DNA of 63,798 nucleotides, filler included, from Choristocarpus tenellus KU-1152 (lineage: Eukaryota; Protista; Phaeophyceae): assembly GCA_964200185.2 (NCBI GenBank). It is 12 parts of 12 records of this genome, joined end to end, with 100 filler letters (N's around TTAATTAATTAA, not from the genome) between each part and the next. Parts side by side here need not be neighbours in the genome. Positions count along the whole stretch, not along the records: positions 50,212 to 59,610 come from CAXNAD020003710.1; positions 59,711 to 63,798 come from CAXNAD020016292.1; 10 more parts are not named here. The stretch is one strand, 5' to 3'. Numbering within the stretch: the stretch's first letter is position 1; every line of letters begins with the position of its first letter. The translations under genes were made by a program, and so were the position numbers. Below are positions 50,403 to 63,490 of this stretch, in pieces. The notes beneath the pieces are model-generated. The model ran no database searches and had not been told where the DNA came from. It saw nothing but the letters and a program-made list of their open reading frames with translations.

Positions 50403-53400
50403 CTAGGTGTCTTCGGAAGTGATGTTCCTTGCACTCATGTGCCTTTGCTGTGGCCTGCAGTGCAAAGCTTGCCCCACAACCTGGATGATTGCAAATATAT
50501 TTGAGGAATTTTCGACCTGAAGACACTCGGTGAATACCAAAGGTCTTATTCCTGGGAGCTGTGAGGAGGGCATAAACACCTTGACCGTCCTGATCTGTTT
50601 TCTGTAGTTTCTACATGGTTTTGAACGAGAAAAGCAAGGCGGAAGGAATAGGATTGGGGTTGGCGTTGCCATGTGATGTGTAGGAAGGGGGGATATAAAA
50701 CCCAGTTAGAATACTAGGATTCTTAATATGAATAGGGTGAAGATATGTGTAGCTCTAGCTCTTCTTGAAGTATCGAGTTGCTACAGTATATGTATAGTTG
50801 AATATACAAGACTCTCCATAGCAGAGCGTACAACGACATTGGAAGATGTAGTAAACAGATATAGAAACCAAGACCTCCATGAAAATAGAGGGCGTTTGAC
50901 ATCAAGATTGATAGATATTGACCGTCATGCAGATGCAATCTTCCTTTATCCCAATAAATTTGCAGTCGCCCATTCCTTGCATCAACTCCATGAAAAAAAG
51001 TATCAACCTTGGGGAGACGAACATTACAATATTGGTGTGATCTTGTTCATTCCTGGCAGCTCTGTGTTGATTCTCTTCGTTCTCTTCGTTCTCTTCGCCC
51101 TCTCTAATCATGCTCTAGGCCTCATGATCGTTTGGTTTCCCTCAAAACTGGATAACCAGCGTGAAAAATTGACAATAGTAACTGTGTGGAGGGAGTGTTG
51201 AAAGGTATGGGCCAAAAAGACATCCCTTCCAGGATGTGATAGTGGTTCAGTACCCACCTCAGGTCCTCCAACACTGGCACTCCTTACTTTCCTCCGGTGC
51301 TTGGCTGCAGCAATTCGTATGTTTGTCTCAGCCTCCCCCCCAGCTACAGTCTGCCTTCGGTCAAGCTTCATAGCACCTCTTTATTGAGTCATGGCGAAAG
51401 CGAAATTTACGGGCTATTATATAGAGGGCAGTTGAGGGCAGAATATAAAGATAGAAGGAGCAGATTGAGTGTACCTAATTTGAAATCTGTAGTCATATTC
51501 TGGTTAGGGGATATATTTCATGAAACAGTCAAATTTCGTGCTCATCTTCTTCAACTCTGACTTTGAATCATCATTTTACCACTGCCACTGATCAATGATA
51601 GAGACCCATAGTATCTTAGAGAGTGTGTGTGTATAGGCCATGTTGCCTATTCGGGGCTTGGTGGAGTGCTACAAGATACCCCAGTTTGATGCCTATGTTG
51701 CAGGCGATTTTCCTTCGGATTTGGTTCAGTCAAGGGGATGGAAAAGGAATGTGTGTTCAGATGAAGGAAATTGCCCTTACACTTGACGTCTACTCAGATG
51801 ACATGACCATCACTACAACTTCAACAGGCCCCAAATGGACGCCTGACCCTCCCTCTAAGATACTATGGGTGAAGATTGTGATGGGGCAGCGCAATCAATA
51901 ATTATGTGACTTCCCACTCACTTCCTTCAACTTACTTGCCACAACTTGTCCTCTCCCGTTCTGTGGCAGGGTGTTTCCTAGTAGCATTCACCCTTCTTGT
52001 CAGAGAGTCGATCTCCTCCTCTACCTTCCGTCCTTCCCTCCTAGGTTGCCCATGTCCCTTCCCTAATCGGCTTATCTGAGATTGGAACAACCCAGATGCT
52101 CGTTCATGAAATCCCAAAACGCGAAGGGCATCATCGAGCATGCCAGCACGTTTAGGATTTGGAACCATGAGTATCTTCAAGTTTGAGGAGTAGCATAGGG
52201 CGCAAGTGGGGGAGGGGGAATATAGAGTCATTCCCTTGTCTTGGAGGCTAAGAGCTGTGAAAACAGGTTTCGTTATACATGCCTGTTATTGTATATTGGG
52301 GTAAGGCTGTTTAGTGCTTGCATAAGCAATGTGCGGATTGTGATCTGAAGATCTTGAGGGAATCTGGTTTGCTTTGTAGTGTCTACACCTGTGTTGCGAA
52401 TTTGTCTCGATCATATACCTTTAACATCCTGTGGTTTCAAGATCAAACCAAATTCAACTCAGTAGTTGAACATCAAAAGATGCATAACTGCCGAGATCAT
52501 AGAGTGATCAATTCATTATTGACTGAAGAGCCTGATGCAGATCTTGTGAATCCAATACTTCCTGTGCTAGACTTTCAAATACCAAGAAATCACAACAGAG
52601 ATGTGGATAAAAAAATAGAGTATATACCACCGTACATTTTGCAAATATTGAAACCCTGTCTATTTCATGGATAGTTCAATGTCTAAAGTGGAATGTGTGA
52701 TGGCATTAGCTTGCACACCAGATCTACTTGAATGAACGGTCAATTTCCCTTACCTCTATTTTTCTTCTCTGCTCTGCAAGAAGAGGAAGGTGCTCATCGA
52801 GGTGGCCCCTCCTCATGTCCTTCACAAGTTTCCTCCAGTGACGCTCAAAAAATGCCGCATGACTGACATCAAACAGTGGGCGTTCAAGACATGGGGAGTG
52901 GGCAGGAAGCCGTCCAAATTTGTCTCTGCTGCTAGTCTCAGTGGTACCAACTCATGGTTGCGAGCAAAGAAATGCAGGCCTCCTAGCAATTAGAAACTAG
53001 GTAGGTACTTCATCACTTCAGGAATTCTCAATTCATATCGCCCTTGTCCCTCTCGATTGCCCTTCTCTTACGGTCCTGCCTCTTTCAAACGCACCCCACC
53101 TCATCACAAAGGATGTGAAGTATGCATCATTCTCCAGTATCTTCTCTCTTTCATCTGCAAGAGATCGCAATATGTCAATGTACAATCTGACAGGGTCCGT
53201 AGTTGCCTTTGGAGGAGGAAAGTTATATTGGGCAGGTGAGAGGATGGGCGCATAGTGTAGTCGTTGATAGAGTGTGGAGGTTATATTTATAGGAGAGCAA
53301 CAGCCCGAACCCTAACCTAGTGCTGGAGGCATCATTGAGGGTAAGGAGCTGAAGTGAGCGCAGAGGATGTTCAGAAAAGTGAACAATTTGAAGATTCAAA

Positions 53401-53947
53401 GGGATAAACCAGCTAGCAGTTTAGGGCAAGAGTAGAGGTGTGGATATACATGGAGCTCAGAGTGGAAGGAGCAGGAGGATACAAGCAGAAGATGGAGATC
53501 AGGTCGTCCGACCTCCCCAGTGGCAGAACAAATAGTTCTGTGATCCGTTCAGTTTTGAAAAAAGTACGCAAATATTCACAAAAAGTAAAATAATTATATG
53601 GAGTGTATGCTTGTGGCATCTACTCTATTATTTCGACTAACATTTCATGACGATATATCACCATATACAACATGCCAGGAAGGGGGAAGGAACCTCAGGC
53701 ATAGGAGAGTGCTAGGAGTCACCCTGCATAGGAGAGGGGACACAAATATAGCAAATACACATGTTTTTCTTCATATGTATTGTTATAATTGAACATGTGC
53801 GAAGGCTCAAGTATCTGGGGGGGGGGGTCTATCTCAGGGTGTCCATTTGGACCCTGACCAAGAAAAGTGCACTCACATTATCCATCCGACACATGCAACC
53901 AAATCACCCAAAAATCGCGACATGGAAAAATGGATACCAAATGGACA

Positions 53948-54000
<53 letters not shown>

Positions 54001-57000
54001 ACCACCAACCAAAAAAACCAACACAAAAACAAAAACCCCCACAAAACCAGCAAAAAAAAAAAAGAAAACAAAAAGAGAAGCGCCCCCCCCCCCCCCCCCC
54101 CCAGACACTTTGAGCCGAATGTGCACACACTATAAGGAAATAGCAAGGAAATAGCAGGACTTTGGCAGCACCCAATTCTGCATGCAAAAAATTACAGCAT
54201 ATCCTAGACAGACAGCTTGCTCACTGGCACCGGTATGTCAGAGCACACTCCCTCTCGCCTCTTCTATTTTAATGGTGAACAAACCAAACTATATACTACG
54301 ACGTGTTACAAACTGTCGCTACAGCTTCGAACACAGAGTGAAAGTATCTTAGAGGGTACTATTTTTGCCCTGTTTGTCCGTTTGGGGCTTGACTTCCCAC
54401 GGGGTTTTTTATGGCATTTTCCTACTCCAAAATGATTCGGAGTAGGTAAAACGTGTGTGTTATGAAAAGGTTTGTCCAGAACAAGGATATTGACACTCCC
54501 TAACAAACACGATGGTCAAAATTACATCAAAATCATGACGTTGGACTCTTTTCCTCAAACGGACGCGGCTCTACCCTCTAGGATACTTTTGACTCACAAT
54601 GGATTTTGTTATCGGATTGGATGGTATGGGGGCCATGTATTGTCCTTGTGTAACATGTGTCACCAGTTGAGGTCGAGGAAGATTAAACTGAGGCTCTATA
54701 GGAGCATCCTCTTGCCACTTCAAAGTATGCACCAGTTTTGGTTCAACTTGGGTTGCTTTTTGGTACTAGGAGGCAGCCATATACTACTGCAACAGTTTTT
54801 AGTTCCAATGGTTCCAATTTGGATAAGAGGTCACCTTTGATAAAGTTGTAATTCAGGCTCCAGTAAAGGTTTCACATCAATTTGCAACTGCTGTAGGTTA
54901 CGTTCAGCTTGGGGTTGGTTGGGACTATCTATCGGGGGGAAATACTGCTACTTCAATTTTAATTTTAATTTTCACTTTCAGTCCAAGCTACTAAGGTAAC
55001 GTGATGCCACCTCAACTTCTTGCAAAAAATAGGGTTCGAGTCAAAGTAAACAAGAGGCACCCAAATTTTTCCCGTTTTGCATTCTAAGAAGCGATTTGAA
55101 TCTCTTGAGATTCACCCATATTTCTATGGATGAAGTGCCAAGATTGAGCTGATAGCGTTAATTTCTCTGCTGTTTGAAGATCTTTGACAGAACTTAAGAA
55201 AATTGTTTTTTGGTACATATTAGTTCAAAAAGTTGAATTTTGCACTTTTCTTGCAAGCATCCTTAATATTCAGTACTGGGTACCTCTCATTGCTTTGGGC
55301 GATTCAACTTTCGTTTGTTTGGGTTGACTTTGGGGCGATCACCACGGACATGCTGCCGCTTTGACACACAAGGCACATGCAATTCAGCATACATTTTTTG
55401 GGCTGGCCCAACGATGACAGGCGACATGTTGTTTGCACATCATTTCAATTGAATTGGTTGCTGTTAAGCATGGGTTATCTTGGGACTATGCCAAGCAACA
55501 TTTAGTCTCAAAAATACTTACAGCAGTTTGGGAAAACCCTATGTTTGCTTGGACCCAGACAGCACACTGCCTCATCAAAAAGCAGTTGGTTGAGAAGCGT
55601 CTATTGTGAGATTCCGTGTGACATTAAAAAAAATACTTTGCAACTTTGGGAGGGGAAACACCTTCCATTGCTTTGATTGAGAGCATATCCACATGTAGGT
55701 TATAGGAAACCCTTTGAGAAAACATCTTTATTTACCTCCTTGACAGTTTAATAAAAGGATTCATTAAGGATGTCTGTGACTGTCAAATAGCCGTCCTTAT
55801 TCCAATCATCTGTCTGCATCAAATTGCGACATATATAAGGAATACAATGTAAACACATCCTGGGGACTCAAACTGGAGATCTAAGACGTGATAAATTCTG
55901 CAAGAGTGGAGGAGCATGAGAGTTCTGTTTGGAGACAAATTCCGGCTCTCACCTTTAGGGCACCCTTACACCTGAATGGTATGGGGTGTGAAATGGCAAA
56001 GCCATAGCTGAGCTCTTTCTTGTTCTGTGTAGTCGAAGTAGAATGTGTATCTGTCATAGCCGCATTCACTTCCAGGTCTTCATGAACTGTAGCCAGGGTC
56101 ACATGGTTTTGGGCATAGATCCGGTCAAGGTGAGAGATTGGCTTTTTGTGGAATGAACCTAGAGATTTGGAAAGGGATTAGGCAAGGGGCTGAGGTTGCA
56201 ATCCAAATCTCGGAGAAGAATTAACCTCTTTACTTTGTGAATTACTGTGCTGCTTGCACGTCAATTATTCTTAATCGCCACCCTGCCCCCTGTTCTTGCT
56301 CCTACCTTCACCTATTCTCTCTTTTCTTTATCCATTTTCTCCCAGCACCTTCTAGGCATCTCTACACATTTGTTGCTGGACTTCGGACGAACTCTGACCG
56401 ATGGCTGGCCCATGGAGGAACTGAGTCCCCTTCTTGCCCTGCACCCTTCCCTGATCTTTCCTTGCCACTGTTCCCCTGAACTCACCTCACGTTCATGAGC
56501 TCTATCCTTCACCCCACTGGAGTTAGGGCATGTGAGTAATCTTTTATTTTGTGGCATTCATGTGCATCTTGCTTATCTCTTGCATTACTCACGCTGAACA
56601 GCATACTGGGCAGCATTCCTTCCCTGAACCAGTGGTGCCATGACACTCTCCTCCAACAATTTCTCCCTAGCCCTCCTCTCTCGCTCATTGGGTGAGAGAG
56701 CATTATGGGACTTCCTGTTTACTGCATCTGCCTTGTCCTTTTCAGTTGGTAACAGGATGCATGCAGAGGAGATAGGGCTATAAACAAATTTATTAAGAGA
56801 GTAGTGGTGGACTTCACGGAACATGTAGAATTGACCCTTTCTGAATACAAATTGATTCTTTATCTTGCTTTAAGCATTAATAGTTTCTTCTCACACAGTC
56901 AGAAAAATAATATACATTTTTTCTCTTTGGCTTTCATGCACATCCCCACAATCTGTATTCCTCCCCTCATCAAAATAGCTCAATCTCGGTATTCCAGGGT

Positions 57001-57840
57001 TACTATCCCTCATCTCACCATGGATAGAGTCGGGCCAATCTTTTTCCTAGGTATGCCTTCCAACTGTTCATTCTGCTCCGTTGAATAAGGAACTGCTGAC
57101 CATCCCAATGTTTGCTCCTTGTGCCCTTGCCCTTTTCCCGCATCCCCTGAGTGCCCTACCCCGGAAGTATTGTTGAACTCCTGATCTCTCTGGACTCCGT
57201 CGGTGATGCAGATGCTTGGAGGCATTTCTTGTGACATGGGGGAATGCAAGCCTTCCCTCACAGTTGAAGTTTTGGACCAGCTCAATATACTCTCAGAAGT
57301 TTGCAACATCCCTGGAGTACCCATTTCCACTTGCCGTGGGTGCTGGATGTAAGAGGGTTGGGGCAAACATGATAGCAATTCCACATCTACCTTACATGGT
57401 GAGGTGGGGTCTTCACCAGCAAGTTGATCTTGACGGTGGAAGGAGAAGACACTGGAGGGATTCACTTCAAGATCCATAGGCACATTTGCTGACAGAGCAT
57501 CCGCCGCAGGAAGAGAGGTGACAAAGGCAGGAGAAGGGTAAAGGATTGGGGGAGTTTTGGAAGCAGATACTGATTTACCATTTGACGCAGGCAAGGTAAG
57601 AGTGGTGGTGACCTCCTCTGTCGCCGGATTTTGACTGTTGACAAGGAGCTGATGAGCGGTGGAGAAGGATGTGGAGGCAGTTGTTGCTATTTTTTTGGTT
57701 GAGTGCACAGGCAACTTTTGCTGAGAGAACTGGTGTTGGGCTGAACCAATGCCACGGAGCTCCCGTTGTGGGGGAGAGAGGGAGAGATCGATGTAAGAGC
57801 CATGGACATTGACAGGTTGATCCACGGGCATGGCAGACCT
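50403..57840 (-). CDS. Probable multi-exon gene(s) including a C2H2 zinc-finger exon (50403-50526); model unresolved
   Basis: YICNHPGCGASFALQATAKAHECKEH fits C-x4-C-x12-H-x4-H. Further exon-like minus frames at ~51108-51371, 51940-52231, 52755-52990, 55900-56150, 56590-56750 and a 273-codon S/P/T-rich frame at 57010-57831. Linkage into one gene is unproven. Confidence 0.45.
53804..54116. mobile_element. MITE family B copy with expanded, probably mis-assembled poly-C end
   Basis: GGCTCAAGTATCTGGGG ... CCCCAGACACTTTGAGCC. 53950-54100 is C/A low-complexity. Confidence 0.85.
54336..54595. mobile_element. MITE family A copy (260 bp)
   Basis: GAGTGAAAGTATCTTAGAGGGTA ... TACCCTCTAGGATACTTTTGACTC. 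Flanks CACA| and |ACA. Confidence 0.92.
55038..55300. mobile_element. MITE family C copy (opposite orientation)
   Basis: GAGTCAAAGTAAACAAGAGGCACCC ... GGGTACCTCTC; degenerate right end. Confidence 0.7.
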
Positions 57841-58261
57841 ATTGCGTGAGAGTAGGGAGTCAAACTGGGTAGACCAGAGGGGGGAGGTTTAGGGCAAGAC
57901 TTAGGTTTGTTTTACTGTTCGAAAACAGATATTGGGGAACGCTAACAAATTGTACCTTGGGTGGTAGGGGTGTAAGTATACTTTGGTAAAGATTATCTAC
58001 TCGATTGTCTCTTCTTGAGTGGTGTGCATTTGTGTCAAAAGAAAACATAGAGCTCTATTATGAGTACAAGTGGGTTGGGATGAAAGGCAATTGACCATAT
58101 TCCTGACATTACCCAAATCTGGAAATCGCTGGACATTGACATTGTGTTGCCTAGCGGTTGTTTTACTGAGGCATCTGATACAGTGGTCCACAAATCAATG
58201 AGACGTTGGTTGACAAACTGCTTGAAATATAAGAAAATAAAAGAGCTGATCGCCATGGTAC

Positions 58262-58466
58262 TAACCTTCTTCTTCTGCATCATGTGTCCGTGCTTGTAGT
58301 GTGCCTGTCCTGGGTTGCCAACAACGAGCTTGTGAGCTCCAAATGGGTGACCGCACTCGCACATCTTGAATCCTAGCTGTCTTGCCCTTCCATTCTTGGC
58401 CTTGGTGCACAAGCACAGTTTCCTCTCACAGGCCCCATACCTGGTTGTGAACACATTAGAGGACAA
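58262..58466 (-). CDS. Possible exon with a Cys/His metal-binding motif (C-x4-C-x-C...C-x-CGH-x4-H)
   Basis: YGACERKLCLCTK...MCECGHPFGAH followed by a AAG|GTTAG donor. Confidence 0.4.
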
Positions 58467-59138
58467 GAGATTCGATTACAACACTACTATCCACCATGAT
58501 GTAATTTTCGAGCTCGTCCTGCGAGAAAGTTGATAGGAATGTTATCACACCCCACAATCTCGCTCACAAGCTCATCTGTTCTTAACCATGCCTATTTCAT
58601 TGGTCATACCCCTTCCTTACCCCTCTACCTTCTCACTTAAGGCACTTATTGCATAAGAGGTTGCCGTGTCTTGCACAGCTCCTCTCCCTCCCGTCGTCAT
58701 GGTAGTCCGAAAGGAAGGAATACCAGCCGCAATAGCCATCTCCATCATAGTACCGCCGAAATATGGCATTTGCTTCTGCCCGCTGGAGTGGATATCCCTC
58801 ATGCAAACAAAATCTGTAGAATCACAGCAAATTGCATCGGTGTCATGGCATCATGGGTGTGTGAGACTGTTGCAGAGGTGAGGTTCGAAACAAATTACTA
58901 AATATACCACTTCAGATGTACCTGTACAGAGTATGTTGCTGTTGTATAAATTGTATACATGTGTTCATTGGTCACTGCTGGATTAATAAACATTGGTGGA
59001 TCGTTGACTAAACCTGCAGGAGTAGGAAGTATTGAAAGTATGGATTCGATGGTACCAATCACGTCTAGAATGGTGCGAAAAATCGCTGATGGAGAGTAGA
59101 TATAGGGTGCTATAAGCAGTGCAGGAATGCTTGTAGAT

Positions 59139-59397
59139 GAGTGAAAGTATCTTAGAGGGTACGAGATTTGCCCTGTTTGTTCATTTGGGTCTTGACTTCC
59201 CATGGATTCTTATATGACAATTTCTTAATCCAAAATGTTTAGGAGTAGGTTAAGTGTATACATTATGAAAAGCTTTCCCCGGAACAAGGATATTGACACT
59301 TCCTAACAAACACGATAGCCAAAATTATATCAAAATCACAACATTGGATTTTGACCCCAAAATGGACGCGGCTCTACCTTCTACAATACTTTGGCTC
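59139..59397. mobile_element. MITE family A copy (259 bp), TSD AGAT
   Basis: AGAT at 59135-59138 and 59398-59401, with GAG...CTC termini. Confidence 0.92.
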
Positions 59398-59411
59398 AGA
59401 TATATATAACA

Positions 59412-59607
59412 GCCGATTTCAAAAATTGAGGATGGTGCTTTTCATTGAGGATGGGCTTGACCCAAAATTGACTGGGATAAAGTGTCGATATGCTTTTTTT
59501 TGTATTGAATCAATACAAATATATATATATCGACACCTTTATCCCAGTCAATTTTGGGTCAAGCCCATCCTCAATGAAAAGCACCATCCTCAATTTTTGA
59601 AATCGGC
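59412..59607. repeat. Near-perfect foldback (80-bp arms, one indel) with an inner hairpin
   Basis: GCCGATTTCAAAAATTGAGGATGG...GTGTCGATAT is mirrored by ATATCGACAC...TTTTTGAAATCGGC. Centre is TTTGTATTGA-A-TCAATACAAA. Confidence 0.95.
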
Positions 59608-59989
59608 CTTNNNNNNNNNNNNNNNNNNNNNNNNNNNNNNNNNNNNNNNNNNNNTTAATTAATTAANNNNNNNNNNNNNNNNNNNNNNNNNNNNNNNNNN
59701 NNNNNNNNNNGGGGGGGTAGAGTACGGCGATTCATGAATGTTCGTGATTTGGAGGTAATATCGTCCGAAGAAGGTGGTGCAAAAACGGCAACCTTATAGT
59801 GGCAAAAGGTCGAACACACTACCGATGCAATACTTACCTGTAAGGCCCATATTTTTGTACACCACGTATTTGAGTGCCGCATTAGGTAGGTTAGGACTAG
59901 CGAATAATTTTTTTTGTCTTTTCTGTGTGCTGGTAACTAAACTCTGCCGTTCGATCTTCACAAAATACGTAAGTTAGCGCATTCTATAC

Positions 59990-62900
59990 CACCTTCACCT
60001 CGATCTGGTAGCCGAAGTCTGTCGCCACCGTCTTCGCAACGAAAATGGTCGCCTCATCGCGTCCCATCGCCTTTCCCTGAGGATGGATGGCCTCAGCAAA
60101 TCATCGCTGCGTCTCCGTTGGGACGAGGGTCTGCCCCAAGGCTTCTGGCAGGCAGGAAGGGTCTATCACGCGTTCCTAAACAAGAGACATGGATACCTGG
60201 AACATCATGTGCGTACATGTGATAGCCCAACAATGTGGCAGTGAAGTGGGTTAGCCATGCGATAAGGTTTTGTCACATATGTATGGGTTATTCCGGCGTT
60301 GCTTAAAGATGTTGTGGTGTACTGCAGCACGTTTGTTTTTTTGTTCGTGCGTGGAAGGAGGACATTATGACGTACTGACGATCACGTCAAAGTCTTGGGG
60401 ATTCGGGATTTCCAGTGGTGGTATGGGTAACTGCATGCACTCTGTTGGCAACGTGTAAGCATCTACAAGGAAACATCACCAGTACAATTGCACACCCAAG
60501 ACCTATCCATAGGGAACGAAAACAGACAACAAGTTGGAAAGCAATGGAAAAAAAAAGCCAGCACATCTTTCTTGCCTTAACTTGCCGTCCTTGTAGGCTT
60601 GGCCGAAGGACGTGTCCATCTTCTCTTTCGCCTCGTCCTTTGACGCCGCGTTGGACACGAATACCTCCACCCTCCTGCTCCGTTCAAGGGCCGCCTCCAC
60701 CACATTGTGCCTCTCTGCGCTGTAGGAGACGACGGTGTCCCCAGCATTCGTGTACCTATCATAGGAGGGCAGTTCGTAAATTATCCCTAACGTGGTATAT
60801 TGTATTGCGCACGGATTCATCATGTCGCAATGTATGAGTAACGTTCCGATACAGGGCAACACACTCTTGGTGCGTTTTGACGCTTAACATACCGATTCGG
60901 GAAACAAACTCGTGGGATGGATTGACGCCCCTGAACCGTCACCCAGCTCGTTCTGTTACTGTTTAACGATGTCCTACACCTATACAAAAAAAAATCGCTG
61001 CTTCTGTGAAGAAGGATGTGTGTGACATTATTAATGAACCTGTTAAGGAGGAAGTGGAGGGCCCTCATGGAGATGTCCGAGGCAGCACCTTCGTATTCGA
61101 CGTCCAACATGGTTAGGAGTACCGGAGGAGATGCATCACGCCTGTGGCCAAAGATGCCGTTGATGGTGACTCGCTTATTGCATGTGAACATTGTCCCATC
61201 GTTGTGCGCGAGAAGAATCATGTCCTGACAACATCTGAGATGGTTATCTGTGCCTAATTGAGGGCGCCCCCCCCCTCCTCGTCTTTTATATGAGGGTTAG
61301 GGGATGATCCTCCACAATCAAGCCCACCTTCGACGCAGTAAGAGCCTCTGAATGAAAAGAAGGCAGGAGCGAGCGCGTTGGTCCGGCATGCGTCAAACTT
61401 GACAGTGACATCACACAAGCGCTTATCGTAGGGATTCATGAAATCTCATACCACTAACATTGTAATAGTACAATGAGTGTGGAACGCAAGGCAAATAACC
61501 AATGTAGTGAAGACGAGTAACGCCAGCATGCGATTCGTGGACAATGAAACAAAGAAGTACGTAGTTGACGGGGGGGAAGAGCAAGCGACACAAAAGGAAG
61601 TAGAAGGTAGGAAGGACATGAAACAACTTGGGGAAAGTGAAAAAGGAATACACACGACCTAATCCGCATCTCCTGAAAGGTCGCACAATATTCGATCGGC
61701 ACACGGACGGAATGATAACGGCCACCCGGATCGCATCGGTCTCCCGCAATATACCCCATATTCCAGCACTTGCGAACTCTGCAACTCACCTACTAGGCGG
61801 TGAAATTGCGCCTTCCACAGGTGGGGCACAATGAGTGCGATGGTGCCCTGAGGATGCATCTTAGGCCGCAAGCACTGAAGCATCTCGCGCAGGTGTGTGT
61901 TGGTTGCCTCTTCGTCGATGAGTAGTCTTTAGCTCAGCGGCAATGGACACTATGGCAAGCTTTGGCGCATTGCAGAAGGCGAAATCACCAAGTTTGTCTT
62001 AGGATACCGTGGGGTCGAGAGGGCGGAGGTCGTGTAGTACAGTGTTCTCACTTCTGCTTGGACTTCATGACACACGACACAGTAGACAGACAGCACGACA
62101 AGAAGGACGGCATAGTAAGCTACGGTGCAGGCAATCTTTTCATTAAGTGAGTTCCTGACAATATTTCCACGGCATCATCTCCAAAATGTCAGGCCGTATC
62201 CTCCACAACGCCAGACTCATCTGATACATCTCGTGGAAGGAGGTTAGACGTCAAAACACTAAGTTCCATGGCCCATGGAACCCTCGAAAAAAGCGACACA
62301 TCCAAGGTACAAAGGACGAGCAATCCACATGATGTACAAGTAGCCAATACCTATGTGCAAACCAACGCGAAAACAAACACGCAGAGACGACTTGTGTGTA
62401 TAATGTGCAACCACCCCGAGACCCACATGCACTTCTCCATGTCGACCGTTTCGCTGCGTGAGGGGGGACGTAAAAGGCTTTGCATTGTGGGTGACCCGCC
62501 CGCGCTCCTTGCACGAGCCTTACCCTTGCCCTTGCCCCTGCCCCGACCCGCCGCTTCGTTCCCCACCTATCCAGACCCTTCACTGCCCTCCTGTGCCATG
62601 GGGCAATTGATACATAATCGATCCTTGTGCCTCTCGTCGTCTCTAATCTCCGCGTAGGCACACTTGCCCATATGCGTGATGGAGCACTTTGGGCATGAAT
62701 ACCTGCCGCGCATGTCATTGAATCAGAGCGTTAAACAGACAGTACAGTATTTTTCGAGATCATTCATTGGGCACAACAACGCAACACGGGGATCCACGGT
62801 TCCAAAGGACCACGAAATTGGCCACGCAAAACAGTACGAAGTAGTACAGGTGAGATACAACAGTCGGTGATGTACATGCATTAACACACAATCGGACAGT

Positions 62901-63490
62901 GGCAAATAATGAGACGTGGGGGTAGTGACCGCAGCGCCACACATAGAGGTACCCCGCACATACCATGGATTCAATGGCATGTGCCGCTGAAAAGATACAA
63001 CGTATCTATCCATTCAGGGGATTGGATGGACCCAATCTTACGCTATTAATTACACTCCACCCTACACGTGCACCGTTACAACTACATTACTCACCGAGAC
63101 GTAGGTGGAGGATTGCATTCAGTACAGCAAACGCCCAGGTTCCACCCTCCTTCGTTTTGTTCTTCTTCCGCACTAGGAACACTGCCGACAGAACCCCCTT
63201 CGCCCATATCCTCCCTGTCTGGCAGTCCGTTCCCTCCCTCGTCTTCGTCCCCTCCTTTGTATTCGTCCCCTCCCTCGTCTCCATCCCCTCCTTGGTGTTC
63301 ACGCCCTCCCTCGTCTTCTTTCTCACAGTCATCTGATGCCGATCCGTTCTTGCTCTCAACTTCTGTGCCGCCGCCATCACAGCCCCGCCCGCTGTGAACC
63401 TGGTGGAGGTTGACCTGGTTGAGTACATCCTGGTATTTACTATCCCAGGTGGTGAGGTAAGCAAGTAGAGCCGAGTCCTTCTCGACATTT
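59990..63490 (-). other. GC-richer segment of broken, mostly intron-poor minus-strand ORFs (unknown; possible viral or mobile relic)
   Basis: Successive protein-like frames (60503-60862, 60820-61221, 61254-61439, 61659-61920, 62351-62566, 63087-63488) joined by frameshifts. An 18-bp degenerate repeat lies at ~63225-63320. Confidence 0.3.

Noticed and set aside
53761-54187. Poly-Pro / poly-Gly ORFs (also 15687-15875 and 3992-4234)
   Set aside because: Translations of poly-C/G tracts and low-quality sequence, mostly in MITE B.
59830-59840. ATACTTACCTG, identical to the U1 snRNA 5' end
   Set aside because: No U1 stem-loops or Sm site follow; it is equally the reverse complement of a splice donor (CAGGTAAGTAT).
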